Positions 44,069 to 53,806 of a stretch of 64,000 nt of DNA are shown piece by piece. Numbering within the stretch: the first letter of the stretch is position 1; each line of letters begins with the position of its first letter. The stretch lies in the IMG/VR virus record IMGVR_UViG_3300047564_003843, positions 64,001 to 128,000 of that record; one strand, written 5' to 3'. This stretch comes from a virus. Position numbers and translations under genes: made by a program. Under the pieces are notes generated by a model. The model saw only the letters and a list, made by a program, of their open reading frames with translations. It was not told the origin of the DNA and did no database searches.

Positions 44069-45567
44069 AGTTTGTAATCTGTGGCGGTGGAACAGCTGGC
44101 TGGGTCACTGCCTACACTATCCATGCTTCTAATCCTAGGACCCACGAAGTAGTTGTAATTGAGTCCCAGAAAATTGGAATTATTGGTGCTGGAGAAGCTA
44201 CAAGTGGTTTTTTGTATGACTTACTAGATGGAACAACTCTTTTTAATAATAATGATTATTTAAACCCGAATAAGCCTCCTTTTGATTTTGCAGAGTTTGT
44301 TTCAAAAGTAGATGCGGTTCCAAAGTACGCACTTAAACATATAAACTGGGCAAAAGAAAAAGGACATTACTGGGCACCTATTAACGGTTCAGAGACTTCC
44401 AAAAGGTCTCCAGATCATTTGTTTAACTATGTAATTTCAGAGTTTGGTCCAGAAAAAGCATATTTATCTTCTACCCTTGGTCAAGCTTATGATTTAAATA
44501 AAATGCCTAAAAGCGGCGGATATGGATTTCAATTTGATGCCCATAAGGTTGCTAAATATCTTCGAGAGCATATAACAACAACTACTAATACAAATCATAT
44601 TGACGCTGTAATAGACAATGTATCTGTTAATAGCGCTGGTCTTGTTGAAAGCGTAACTCTAGACAACGGAGAAGTTGTTGAGGGTGACTTTTTTATTGAC
44701 GCTACAGGTTTTGCTCGAGTTTTAGCAAATAAGTTAGATATTGGTTGGATTGACTATAAAGATCAACTTCTAGTTGATAAAGCTATGCCATTTATTGTTC
44801 CTTACAAAGATGAGGAAAAAGTTCAACCAGTTACGGTTGCAGAAGCTTTGTCATCTGGCTGGATGTGGAGAACTCCAACAGGTGGTCGCAGAGGTTGCGG
44901 GTATGTTTACAGTAGCTCATTTATGTCTGAAGATGAGGCCCAAGCCGAGGCAGAGAAAGTAATGGGCCACCCTATTGAACCAATTAAACACATTAAATAT
45001 GAATCTGGCCGTGTTGACCAGTTTTGGAAAGGTAATGTTCTTGTTGTTGGTCTTGCAAGTTCATTTATTGAACCTTTGGAAGCAACAAGTATTCATGCAA
45101 CTATTACTCAGATATTTATATTTTGCCAAGAGTATTTGTCATATACAAAAGAAAAAACTTTAAATCAAGCATCTATTGAAAAATATAATGCTAAAACATC
45201 AAAAATGTATGAGTATTACAAAGACTTCACCGTGTTTCATTACCAAGGAGGACGTGAAGATTCTGAATTTTGGAAAACAATTAAGTTCGACAAAATTACT
45301 TCTCCAGCTGTAGAAAACTATATTGAGCGCTCAAAGAGTAGGATTCCAAGCGTTCTACATTTTATGGATTTCTGGGGGGTAGATGCTCTTTGGAAGTGGA
45401 CCTTGGCAGGTTTAGGCTACATAAATAGAGAGCAAGCTATGAATGAACTAATCCAATTTCAACAGTTTGAGTACGCACAGGGTCATTATCAAGCTTTTAG
45501 AAATGACATGAGAAAAATGTTAGCTGACAGACCTGCTTTTGAAATGAATCCAAAAGATATTATTTAG
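44065..45567 (+). CDS. Flavin-dependent (tryptophan) halogenase family protein
   Basis: GGGTAG, GEAT, catalytic-position K in PKYALKHINW, FIDATGF, WMWRTP, FIEPLEATSI. Confidence 0.88.
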   Translation: MKFVICGGGTAGWVTAYTIHASNPRTHEVVVIESQKIGIIGAGEATSGFLYDLLDGTTLFNNNDYLNPNKPPFDFAEFVSKVDAVPKYALKHINWAKEKGHYWAPINGSETSKRSPDHLFNYVISEFGPEKAYLSSTLGQAYDLNKMPKSGGYGFQFDAHKVAKYLREHITTTTNTNHIDAVIDNVSVNSAGLVESVTLDNGEVVEGDFFIDATGFARVLANKLDIGWIDYKDQLLVDKAMPFIVPYKDEEKVQPVTVAEALSSGWMWRTPTGGRRGCGYVYSSSFMSEDEAQAEAEKVMGHPIEPIKHIKYESGRVDQFWKGNVLVVGLASSFIEPLEATSIHATITQIFIFCQEYLSYTKEKTLNQASIEKYNAKTSKMYEYYKDFTVFHYQGGREDSEFWKTIKFDKITSPAVENYIERSKSRIPSVLHFMDFWGVDALWKWTLAGLGYINREQAMNELIQFQQFEYAQGHYQAFRNDMRKMLADRPAFEMNPKDII

Positions 45568-46105
45568 ATTTCTTTTTAAGCAGTTTAGCTTGTCTTTTTC
45601 TTTCTAGTTGTCTTGCCTTTTTCTCTCGAATACGGGCACGCTTTTCTGACTTTTCAATCTTCTCTACTTTATATGCTTCTATAGCATTAACACTTGTTCG
45701 ACTGCGCCAAGAAAAGCCACACACCGTACATGTGACTATCTTGGCGACAGTCCATCTCCCACCACCAGGAATTTCTTGAGAACTTGTTTCTAGTTTAGAA
45801 GGACGTGCTGAACAATGAGGACAATGAGGGTATCTACGTCTTTTTATTTCTTCACCTTTGTAAGAAACCGAAAGAGCACGACGAATCTCTCCTTCATCTC
45901 TTCCACCCCAAGTCCCCCAAATTTGCCTGTGCTCTAAAGCCCACTGCAAACACTTAGTTCTTACAGGACATTGGTAGCAAAGGTTCTTAGCATCGTATTT
46001 TTCTTTTGCATCCTTTGAAAAGAACCAATCCTTGTAATGTCTATTATTAGGGTCGGCACAGAAGGCTTCAGACTGCCACTCTAAATTATTAGCTGGTTTC
46101 CACAC
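45560..46105 (-). CDS. whiB: WhiB-family regulator fused to a C-terminal zinc ribbon
   Basis: W...C...FF...AKNLCYQCPVRTKC...WGTWGG, then CPHC...CTVC and a basic tail. Confidence 0.88.
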   Translation of the reverse strand: MWKPANNLEWQSEAFCADPNNRHYKDWFFSKDAKEKYDAKNLCYQCPVRTKCLQWALEHRQIWGTWGGRDEGEIRRALSVSYKGEEIKRRRYPHCPHCSARPSKLETSSQEIPGGGRWTVAKIVTCTVCGFSWRSRTSVNAIEAYKVEKIEKSEKRARIREKKARQLERKRQAKLLKKKSK

Positions 46106-46161
46106 ACTATAAACTATACAACTAAAAGTCTATAAAATGAGAACTAACACACTATAAACTA
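46102..46161 (-). promoter_or_regulatory. 15-bp direct repeat pair and leaderless promoter upstream of whiB
   Basis: ACACACTATAAACTA at 46102-46116 and 46147-46161. On the - strand TATAGT lies 7 nt before the GTG start. Confidence 0.6.
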
Positions 46162-46166
46162 AATAT

Positions 46167-46505
46167 TTAAAACTCTATCCAAGTAAACTCTAAAACCTCT
46201 TGAACATACTCTCCGTACTCAGTTTCCCCTACTTCATCACAAAAAGTATAATTGTTTTCCCCTTCAATAACTCCTGCCCAGCCAGCTTCTACATGAGCGT
46301 CAGCTATCATATTAAATCCGTCTGATAACGAGTCAGCTATTCCATCCCTTTGTAGTGTTGAAGCAAGAGCTCTTCTAACTATCTCATTCTCAATATCAAC
46401 ATGCCCAACGGTATAATAAATTAAATCACTATATATTGTTTGTTGTATGTAGCCACTACCGTCCCAATGAATCCAAAGAGATTCTCCAACTCTTTTATCT
46501 TTCAT
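46167..46505 (-). CDS. Hypothetical protein
   Basis: 112-aa acidic ORF with an ATGA overlap in the operon. Confidence 0.7.
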   Translation of the reverse strand: MKDKRVGESLWIHWDGSGYIQQTIYSDLIYYTVGHVDIENEIVRRALASTLQRDGIADSLSDGFNMIADAHVEAGWAGVIEGENNYTFCDEVGETEYGEYVQEVLEFTWIEF

Positions 46506-46807
46506 TCGTTAGTGTCTTCCCCGTAGTAGTCGCTAGCCTCATCTTCTTCATAATCCTGAGACTCTTCGCCAGCATTAAAAATTATTTGCTGTTCTTTTAC
46601 ATCAAATATCCCAGCAATGGTTATTTTTCCACAACCCGAGCATGTTTCTACAGAGCCAGTATTTATTTTTTGTGGGACATCCACCCCCGAAAGAGCCATT
46701 TTTATATTTCCATGGCCATCCATACTGTGAGGCTCCCAGCGGGCATGCTCTTTTAACCAGCACTGTTCGCAGACAGGCATAGGAGACATTATTGGTGAAG
46801 CGCTCAT
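46502..46807 (-). CDS. Hypothetical zinc-binding protein
   Basis: CEQC...CSGC; TAGAAT lies 6 nt before the ATG (leaderless). Confidence 0.65.
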   Translation of the reverse strand: MSASPIMSPMPVCEQCWLKEHARWEPHSMDGHGNIKMALSGVDVPQKINTGSVETCSGCGKITIAGIFDVKEQQIIFNAGEESQDYEEDEASDYYGEDTNE

Positions 46808-46816
46808 AACATAATT

Positions 46817-47101
46817 CTACGCCGTCTTTTTATACGGGAATGCTTTGCGCTTGCTTTTTATATTCTTTCTATCTCCAGGACTTAATCCGCCCCATAAACC
46901 AAATTCTTCGTTACTTAAACCCCATAAAGCACACTCAACTAAATGAGAACAGCTTTTACAAATTCTTCTTGCTCCCTCATAATTTACTTCAGGAGTTGCT
47001 ACAAGTCCTGGCTCATCTCTATCATCAGCAAAAAATAAGTTACCTCCCACCTGAGCACAAAGCGGGTCTTCATATTGCCAGGGTGGGCGGACATTTTCCA
47101 C
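46817..47101 (-). CDS. whiB: WhiB-family transcriptional regulator
   Basis: PLCAQVGGNLFF, ARRICKSCSHLVEC, FGLWGGLS. Confidence 0.9.
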   Translation of the reverse strand: MENVRPPWQYEDPLCAQVGGNLFFADDRDEPGLVATPEVNYEGARRICKSCSHLVECALWGLSNEEFGLWGGLSPGDRKNIKSKRKAFPYKKTA

Positions 47102-47106
47102 TTGTT

Positions 47107-47415
47107 TTATCCCTTCTTGTTTTTTTCTTCCTTGAGCCCTACTTCATAACCACATCCAGCATAGCCAGCGATATCAATCCAAGTATCGGGTTGAAAATCT
47201 CCTTTGTTTGCATATCTAGCCATTTTTAAACCAACCATCATCATGGCCACATCTTCATTGGAGATATCTACTCCCAAAATAACTGACCAAATTTTTCTTG
47301 TTCTGTCAAAGTTATCTTCAGGATCTCCATAATTCATATTGCGCTCGGTGGAAATAATGCGAGCTGCTTCTCGAAGGGCTTCTATACGAGGTGGTGTTAC
47401 TTCATTCTCTGACAT
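47107..47415 (-). CDS. DUF6378-like phage protein
   Basis: ERNMNYGDPEDNF...LKMAR...DTWIDIAGYA. Confidence 0.75.
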   Translation of the reverse strand: MSENEVTPPRIEALREAARIISTERNMNYGDPEDNFDRTRKIWSVILGVDISNEDVAMMMVGLKMARYANKGDFQPDTWIDIAGYAGCGYEVGLKEEKNKKG

Positions 47416-47653
47416 CTTTTACCTTCGCTATCACTTGTGCCGAGTATTGATATTCGGATGACATGTTCTCTATTTGTGTTACTACCAGTTCATAGTTTAT
47501 GTTCCTAAAAGATTCTGGAATAGATTCTTCGTCAAAAAAATCGTCTTCTTCGTCTTCAGTCCCTAAAAACTTTGAGATTGCAACTTCAGCTTTCTCTTTT
47601 AGTTCTTCGTAGTTGTCCCCCTGAACTGTTAGGTTTAGGGTAATACTTTTCAT
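47402..47653 (-). CDS. Hypothetical protein
   Basis: 83-aa acidic ORF overlapping both neighbours. Confidence 0.65.
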   Translation of the reverse strand: MKSITLNLTVQGDNYEELKEKAEVAISKFLGTEDEEDDFFDEESIPESFRNINYELVVTQIENMSSEYQYSAQVIAKVKDVRE

Positions 47654-48072
47654 GTTAGTACTAGTTTTTCAAGTTTAGTTGGTGGATAATGAGCTCCATC
47701 TAATACTGGTTCTTTTCCATCAGTGCTTTTAATAATAATGTCGCCATATCTAACACCAACTACTACACCGCGTCTACCGTTGTGTAAAGTCCCTAGCTCA
47801 CCATCAAATGCATCTGATTTAACTCTTACCGAGTCTGCAACTTTTATAAAACCTGCTTGTACTGGTACCCAAGTTTCATTTTTTTGCTCTTTCGCAACTA
47901 CATGACCTTTTGCTAAAGTAGAAAACATATCGACTGCTTTAGTTCTAAACTCTGGACTTAAGTCAAAAGAGTCTAGAAGTTCTATCAGTTTCATAGTGGC
48001 ATCACCCACTGGTTTTCTTACTTTAGCGGCCTGTAGTTGGGATTTAATCCAATCAATATCTAGGCTTCCCAT
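47650..48072 (-). CDS. Hypothetical protein (C-terminal SH3/KOW-like beta region)
   Basis: GGGAGG RBS; VRVK..NGRRGVVVGVRYGDIII. Confidence 0.65.
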   Translation of the reverse strand: MGSLDIDWIKSQLQAAKVRKPVGDATMKLIELLDSFDLSPEFRTKAVDMFSTLAKGHVVAKEQKNETWVPVQAGFIKVADSVRVKSDAFDGELGTLHNGRRGVVVGVRYGDIIIKSTDGKEPVLDGAHYPPTKLEKLVLT

Positions 48073-48126
48073 GAGGCCTCCCTTCTTTCATATAGTCTAT
48101 TAGTTTTTAGTCTTTTAGTAAAGCAT

Positions 48127-49140
48127 TTAAACTAACTGTTTTATAGTTTTTAATAAGATATTGCTAGTTTCTTCCTGCTCTGGGAGTTGATTAAGATATG
48201 ATTGTTTTTGACTATAAGCAAGCTCTTCTCTGTCAGAAACATTCATACCTTCTACAGTGCTAGCAAGATTTAACCACTCATTTCCTAAATACCCTGTAGA
48301 ACGCCAGTTGTGCACTACAGGTACGCCCTGAGAAAGTGATTGAGCAAGGGCTGGAGACCACCAAGACTCATCTCCTCTGTATGTAGCTATAAGAGTGCCT
48401 AATGACTCTCTAATTCTAGAAAGTGTGTCATTCTCGTTTTCCCAAATAGAAGACCTTGTGGGAAGCACTGGTTTAGTGAGAAGTTTTTGTTGCTCTTTGC
48501 CAAAAGGATTCATAGAGTCGCAGGTCCAGTATTCGTCACTAGCATAAAAATTTTTGACTTTTGCTGGTTGTAAAAGGACATATAAATCAACACTTATTCC
48601 GCAAAGAGCCTCTGAATCTAAATTAGAGATGTTTTTTATCATACTATCTTTTGTAGACCAAGGAAATGCAGGGTAGAAGGTTGTAGGCCAAGGGTCTTCG
48701 CATAAGTATGAAATAAAACTTTTTAGCTGGTCTTGAAGGGTTTCATCTTTTGCAACATCAGAATAATTTTTTCTTCTGTCATAAAAACTTTTTAAAGTTG
48801 TCTCTTTATCTGACCATGATCTGAAGGATGGGAGAAGTTTAAAGCTTTCAGGAGCATCTAAAAGTAGTGCTAAATTTCCAATGTTTCTAGCTTTTTCTGC
48901 TGTTATAAATGCAGGGTAAATCTTATTTGCTGAGATACTAGTTGTAGGAGCAATACCAACAATTACTAGATTAAATTGGGAAAGAAATCCCTCGTCCCAA
49001 TCTAAGCGGGGGGACGCTAAGTGTGCTTCTACTCCCGCATCTTGAAAACTTCTTACAAGTAAATTTGAAAAAGTAGGAGTTCTTTCTACATGCAAACGAG
49101 ATGCTTGTTGAGCAGTACACCCAGTAATTAAAACTTTCAT
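48127..49140 (-). CDS. Hypothetical protein, possible GT-B-fold glycosyltransferase
   Basis: MKVLITG Rossmann-like start; C-terminal WWSPALAQSLSQGVPVV resembles the GT-B 'A...GxPVV' region. Confidence 0.4.
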   Translation of the reverse strand: MKVLITGCTAQQASRLHVERTPTFSNLLVRSFQDAGVEAHLASPRLDWDEGFLSQFNLVIVGIAPTTSISANKIYPAFITAEKARNIGNLALLLDAPESFKLLPSFRSWSDKETTLKSFYDRRKNYSDVAKDETLQDQLKSFISYLCEDPWPTTFYPAFPWSTKDSMIKNISNLDSEALCGISVDLYVLLQPAKVKNFYASDEYWTCDSMNPFGKEQQKLLTKPVLPTRSSIWENENDTLSRIRESLGTLIATYRGDESWWSPALAQSLSQGVPVVHNWRSTGYLGNEWLNLASTVEGMNVSDREELAYSQKQSYLNQLPEQEETSNILLKTIKQLV

Positions 49141-49163
49141 ATCATCTCTTTCGTTTTATGTGA

Positions 49164-49196
49164 AGAGCCACCCAACGTTTTTCGTTGGGCGGCTCT
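49164..49196 (-). terminator. GC-rich hairpin downstream of the SSB gene
   Basis: On the - strand: AGAGCCGCCCAACG-AAAAA-CGTTGGGTGGCTCT. Confidence 0.65.
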
Positions 49197-49210
49197 AACA
49201 CAATGGCACT

Positions 49211-49738
49211 TTAGAACGGTGCTGCAGGTGCTGCTGCTGGTGCTGGTGCTGGAGCAGGAGCTGGTGCTGGAGCAGGAGCTACAGCAACTGGTGGAACTGC
49301 TGCCCCTGCAGGTGCTGCTGATGCAGTCGTGGCAGGGTAGTAGTTCTTAATTTCATTCCTTTTTTGACCCTGATAAGTCTTTTGACCAATCTGAGCACGG
49401 AACTTACGTCCTGCAAGTGCAGCTTCAATCTGCGCATTTGTAGGGGCTGGATTACGATCAAAGAACTCTCGAGTTAGACCAAGAGCTCCCATCTTACGGA
49501 AAAAGATTCCTAGAGCAGTTGAATTATCTGGTGAGACAGTTAGGTTGTCCCAAACTAGGCGCTTTGCAAATGCACCTGATTCAACTTGCGACTTTAGGCT
49601 GAACATAGTCTTTCCAGACTGTGCAACCTTTGCTACGGCTTCTACGACAACTAGGTCGTAATCGCCATCTGGTAGTGGTTCATAAGAAGCTGATTCTCCA
49701 GCATTCTTAATGAGGTCTGACCAATTGAGAGTACTCAT
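49211..49738 (-). CDS. DUF669-family single-stranded DNA-binding protein
   Basis: YEPLPDGDY, SGKTM, VWDNL, YQGQKRNEIK; Ala/Pro tail ending PF. Confidence 0.8.
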   Translation of the reverse strand: MSTLNWSDLIKNAGESASYEPLPDGDYDLVVVEAVAKVAQSGKTMFSLKSQVESGAFAKRLVWDNLTVSPDNSTALGIFFRKMGALGLTREFFDRNPAPTNAQIEAALAGRKFRAQIGQKTYQGQKRNEIKNYYPATTASAAPAGAAVPPVAVAPAPAPAPAPAPAPAAAPAAPF

Positions 49739-50523
49739 ACGGTTGTTTCCTTCTTAGTAGTGGTGGTTTTTTCGGCTTGTGGCGCTTGCTTTGGGCCGAA
49801 GATGGTGTCAAGCATTACATCAATCGAGAGTTTGTCTTGCTCAACGATTGCTCCTAAACGTCCCTGTACTCGCTCTCCTGCTTCATATTCGTTTGTGCGC
49901 TCGACATACATGCGACGAACTTTGTAAGGAGATTGCAACGGGTCAGGATTTGGGAACGACTCAATAGTCAATGCACCAAGAATGTCGTAGAAATATGGCG
50001 CTTGAATTGCGAGCTGTCCCTGTAGATATGGACGATGCTTACCGTCCTGAGTCACACGAGACATTGCTGTAAGAACAACTGCCTCGAGTGGATTAGTTGG
50101 GTGCATTGTGAGGTCACGAAGGTCACGAAGAAGGCCACCCATGTGACGGAGAAGTTCTCCCCACTGTTGCATCTTCATTTGTTCGTTACCAGCAATGCTG
50201 TCCATACACTTGACTTGCAACTCTGAAATAGAATCGATAATCAAGCTCTTAAAGTGGTGTTTACCGAGTTGTAGCCACTGATATGTTTTGATAACAGTGT
50301 CATAATCTCGAACTGGAACAACCACAGTGTCCCAAGTACCATCTGCGATTGGTGGTTCCTCACGCAATGGGTCCCAATACTTGACAACGATAGGCAAGAA
50401 TCTGTGTCCGCCTTCGACGTCTAGCATGAGTCTTGGATACGGTGCGGTTACAGCAAAAGTTGACTTACCAACTTTTGATTCTCCGTAAACCATTACGGTC
50501 AACGACCGTTGGATTTCACTCAT
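49735..50523 (-). CDS. AAA_24 / Sak4-like ATPase (recombination)
   Basis: YGESKVGKST, LDVEGG, IIDSISE; lies between the nuclease and SSB genes. Confidence 0.85.
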   Translation of the reverse strand: MSEIQRSLTVMVYGESKVGKSTFAVTAPYPRLMLDVEGGHRFLPIVVKYWDPLREEPPIADGTWDTVVVPVRDYDTVIKTYQWLQLGKHHFKSLIIDSISELQVKCMDSIAGNEQMKMQQWGELLRHMGGLLRDLRDLTMHPTNPLEAVVLTAMSRVTQDGKHRPYLQGQLAIQAPYFYDILGALTIESFPNPDPLQSPYKVRRMYVERTNEYEAGERVQGRLGAIVEQDKLSIDVMLDTIFGPKQAPQAEKTTTTKKETTV

Positions 50524-50526
50524 TCG

Positions 50527-51456
50527 TCACTCATTTCCTTTAGTTTCTTCTTGACCATAATAAGCATATGGATCTGCTACTACGAAGTTATCACTGATTG
50601 CTTGTTCGGCGGCACTGCCGTCATCAACAAGAGTGCAAACAGTGAAGAACGGACACTTCCATTTGCAATCACGGCTAGGCCGTGGGTACGCATGGAATGC
50701 TGGATTTTCACCTTCATCTAATGCTGTGCGAACACGCATCATGTCTGCAATGGTTCCGTGGAGACGGTCCCAGAAAGACCTGAGGGTGAAAATGTTGTGC
50801 CGTACTTCGATTTGGTCGTAGAACGGCGGACGTGCCGCTGCAGAACGACGAACTTTCTTCAACATTGTGAAGATTCCGCCATCTGAGCGTTCTGACTCAT
50901 CCTTCTTGGTGGATTCCAAGAGCATGTAAGTCAAAATCTGTTCATTCATTGGAGCAAGGTTTGCAAAGTCTCCAAGAGAGCCACCAACAGTTTTAAAGTC
51001 ACGGAACATACGAACACCATCACCCTTGCGACGGACACGCATGTCAAGCTTTCCTGTTAACTCAACCTCGCCATTAAACAGTGGAGCAGTGATGACTTCT
51101 TCAGTAGAAATCATTTCAAGTTCTGCATCAATGCCATTTTCTTCTACCCACTGTAGGTATCCCTCAAGCATTATGTGCCCGAGCTCTCCTTCTTTTTCTA
51201 ACTCTGATACATCTTTAAATTCTGCTAAGAGAGCAGCTTTTTCTGTGTTCAAAAGATTTGAATGGGATTGTAGTAATGGAGTTCCATTAGCGTAATAATC
51301 ATCTAACGCGGCGTGGATTCGTGTACCAAGAGCAAGAGCTCCAGTGGAGTCTCTATATTTTGGTTGCAGTCTTCTGTAATAAGTGAGCCACCACTTACGA
51401 CGACAATCTTTAAATGTCTGAATCTCGCTATTAGAGATTCTAACTATTTCGCTCAT
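50527..51456 (-). CDS. PD-(D/E)XK (RecB/Cas4-like) exonuclease
   Basis: ISNSEI..CRRKW, GTRIH, GKLD, DFKT, C-terminal CKWKCPFFTVC. Confidence 0.85.
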   Translation of the reverse strand: MSEIVRISNSEIQTFKDCRRKWWLTYYRRLQPKYRDSTGALALGTRIHAALDDYYANGTPLLQSHSNLLNTEKAALLAEFKDVSELEKEGELGHIMLEGYLQWVEENGIDAELEMISTEEVITAPLFNGEVELTGKLDMRVRRKGDGVRMFRDFKTVGGSLGDFANLAPMNEQILTYMLLESTKKDESERSDGGIFTMLKKVRRSAAARPPFYDQIEVRHNIFTLRSFWDRLHGTIADMMRVRTALDEGENPAFHAYPRPSRDCKWKCPFFTVCTLVDDGSAAEQAISDNFVVADPYAYYGQEETKGNE

Positions 51457-53252
51457 AGTAGTCCTGCCTTATCGTCTTTGAGTAGTTTTAACAATTGTGC
51501 TTGGTCTTGAACAATATCTTCGAAGTTTTGTGCCTTTTTGTCAAGGACACTAATAACTCTCTCTTCAATTGTTCCTTCAGTTACATAATCAGTAATGATG
51601 ACGGAGTCATGAATCTCTGACCCAATGCGATGCACACGGTCCAACGCTTGCTTGTGGTCGACAAGTGACCAAGGGCGTTGAAGCATAATCAACCGACGAG
51701 CAGCAGTAAGAGTTACACCTACGCCACCAGCTTGTGCTGTAAATAAAATCCACTTGATTTTACCTGATTGAAAATCATCAATTGCTTTTTGTCTCTCGTC
51801 TTCAGTTTGGGCGCCAGTGATTAAACCGTGAGGGATATTCTTTTTAGTCATCTCAGCGCTAACTAAATCGATAAGTTGTCTAGATACAGCACACACAGCT
51901 ACAGAGTCGTCACCAAAATCATTATTATTAATATCGTCCATTAACGCATCAACTTTGCAAGAAGGTTCAGTTAAATAGACACGAACTTCACCTGTTTGCT
52001 CATCTGTCTCTAACACAGCAGAGGAACTTGCAAACTGAAGTAGTCTCAGTGTTTGAGTCAGAATACTTGGTGCAGTAAGAGCATCGCCATTTTCAAGTTC
52101 AGCAATCATGGTGTCACGCATCTGCTCGTAGGCTTTCTTTTGCTTAGGTGACATTTCAATATCGCGACGCTCGTTAATTACTTCTGGGAGCCAAGGCAGC
52201 ACCACAGACTTAAGCATTCTTCGCATAACTGGTTGCACTGCTTTATCAAACTCTGTTTGCATATGCGGTTTCACACCAAGAACTAACATGCCACCAAAAG
52301 CATTGAGCATCGTATCAACCATGCGTTCAATCCAACGAGTCTTTGAAGGCCAATCTTTTGGAGATAGCCAATGCAAGATTGCCCAAAGATCTACAACGTC
52401 TTTTGCAATTGGAGTTCCTGTTAAAGCAAATCGAATGTTGGCATCTCCTGTAGCAGCCCACAAAGCGCGAGTTTGTTTGCTCTTAGGTTCTTTAGAACGG
52501 TGAATCTCATCTGCAACTACAGCCTTAAAATCAATCTCATTTAGTTCCCGTGTATGCACCTCACAACGGTTAGCACTAACAGACTCATCGTGTCCACCGC
52601 AATCAGAACATCTTGTAAGAGCAACAGAGCCATATGGAGCCAATCTGGAGTGTCCCCTTAAGGCTTCCCAATTGATGACATAAACATCGGCTTGTGCTTC
52701 AAATTGTTTTTTTCTTTGGACAGCACTGCCCTTAACCACCTGAGTAGTGACTTCAGGCCACCATTTTTCAAACTCTCTAGCCCAGTTCTTTTTTAGGGTG
52801 TTAGGGCAGACAATTAGAGCTGGGAATACTGGTTCACCCTGCTCTTGGATTTTCTTCAGGGCACGGATAGCTTGAGCTGTCTTACCTAAGCCTGGTTCAT
52901 CAGCTAAAAGAGCACGTTTAGCCGTGCTAAGGAACTGTACGCCAGCCCTTTGATGCGGGAACAAGTCTTCATCCCCATCAGCCTCTAAAACCTCTCTAAG
53001 AGCCATTGCAGGGCCTATACGGGTAGTTAATTCATTAGCTGCCCAATCGTTGAGGGCAGGGCCTATTTGTAGGTCATTGAGGAATGTAGAGCGTAGTGCA
53101 AGGCAACTAGACCAGCTTAGGGGGATTCTCCACAGTTGGTCTTGAGCCGACCATTTAGAGCCGGGAATAGACTTACATAGGTCTTTAAACCGCCATTCGG
53201 CTTTTATGACTATATGACTCTTGGACTCGTCAAGTTCCACTAATACTGGCAT
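51453..53252 (-). CDS. SNF2-family helicase
   Basis: ADEPGLGKT, DEIH, LTGTP, GGVGVTL, QALDRVHRIG. Confidence 0.92.
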   Translation of the reverse strand: MPVLVELDESKSHIVIKAEWRFKDLCKSIPGSKWSAQDQLWRIPLSWSSCLALRSTFLNDLQIGPALNDWAANELTTRIGPAMALREVLEADGDEDLFPHQRAGVQFLSTAKRALLADEPGLGKTAQAIRALKKIQEQGEPVFPALIVCPNTLKKNWAREFEKWWPEVTTQVVKGSAVQRKKQFEAQADVYVINWEALRGHSRLAPYGSVALTRCSDCGGHDESVSANRCEVHTRELNEIDFKAVVADEIHRSKEPKSKQTRALWAATGDANIRFALTGTPIAKDVVDLWAILHWLSPKDWPSKTRWIERMVDTMLNAFGGMLVLGVKPHMQTEFDKAVQPVMRRMLKSVVLPWLPEVINERRDIEMSPKQKKAYEQMRDTMIAELENGDALTAPSILTQTLRLLQFASSSAVLETDEQTGEVRVYLTEPSCKVDALMDDINNNDFGDDSVAVCAVSRQLIDLVSAEMTKKNIPHGLITGAQTEDERQKAIDDFQSGKIKWILFTAQAGGVGVTLTAARRLIMLQRPWSLVDHKQALDRVHRIGSEIHDSVIITDYVTEGTIEERVISVLDKKAQNFEDIVQDQAQLLKLLKDDKAGLL

Positions 53253-53320
53253 TTGCTACCTTCTGTCGTTATGTCTAAATACTATCACGAAAAATTAAAA
53301 AACTTTTTATTTCTTGATAG

Positions 53321-53806
53321 TTATTTTTCTTTGTCTAAGAGTACACGAGGTACCCATTTTTGCTTAGTTAAGGCAAGTAGGGCGTGTCGTATTGCATCAT
53401 TAGCATGACCTTCTCCGCCCACATGCCAAGTCCCGATTTTCTTTAGTGCTTGGTTCGGGAACATGTTTTTAGCATCTACTGGATTTTGCATCCATATATT
53501 TTCAGGGTCGTACCCAGACTCTCTACATAGATGTTTTAAAACACCTATTTGCTCTAAAGAGTATGGAGCCTGACTATTTCTGACTGTTGCGGCATTTATA
53601 ATAAAACGTTCACAGACCACTTTTACAGAAGGTGCGACCGCCGCCTGAGCCAATACCGCTCTTACATCGGCAGCAAAATCTTCAGGCTGAGACTCCATTG
53701 AGTAGACCTTTACTGGCAAATCTTCTGACCCACCAGACCAAGTAATTAAAGCAATCCCGCTGGCTTTACCTGGGTCGATAGACACTACTGCAAAATTACT
53801 ATTCAT
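53321..53806 (-). CDS. RuvC-like Holliday junction resolvase
   Basis: SIDPGKASG, VVCERF, HANDA; start refined to the ATG at 53806. Confidence 0.75.
   Translation of the reverse strand: MNSNFAVVSIDPGKASGIALITWSGGSEDLPVKVYSMESQPEDFAADVRAVLAQAAVAPSVKVVCERFIINAATVRNSQAPYSLEQIGVLKHLCRESGYDPENIWMQNPVDAKNMFPNQALKKIGTWHVGGEGHANDAIRHALLALTKQKWVPRVLLDKEK

Noticed and set aside
50527-51456. Cas4 as evidence of a CRISPR system
   Set aside because: It sits in the usual phage nuclease-Sak4-SSB recombination module.
53281-53321. Imperfect inverted repeat ACTATCA...TGATAGT
   Set aside because: AT-rich and overlapping a likely -10; a terminator, an operator and chance cannot be distinguished.
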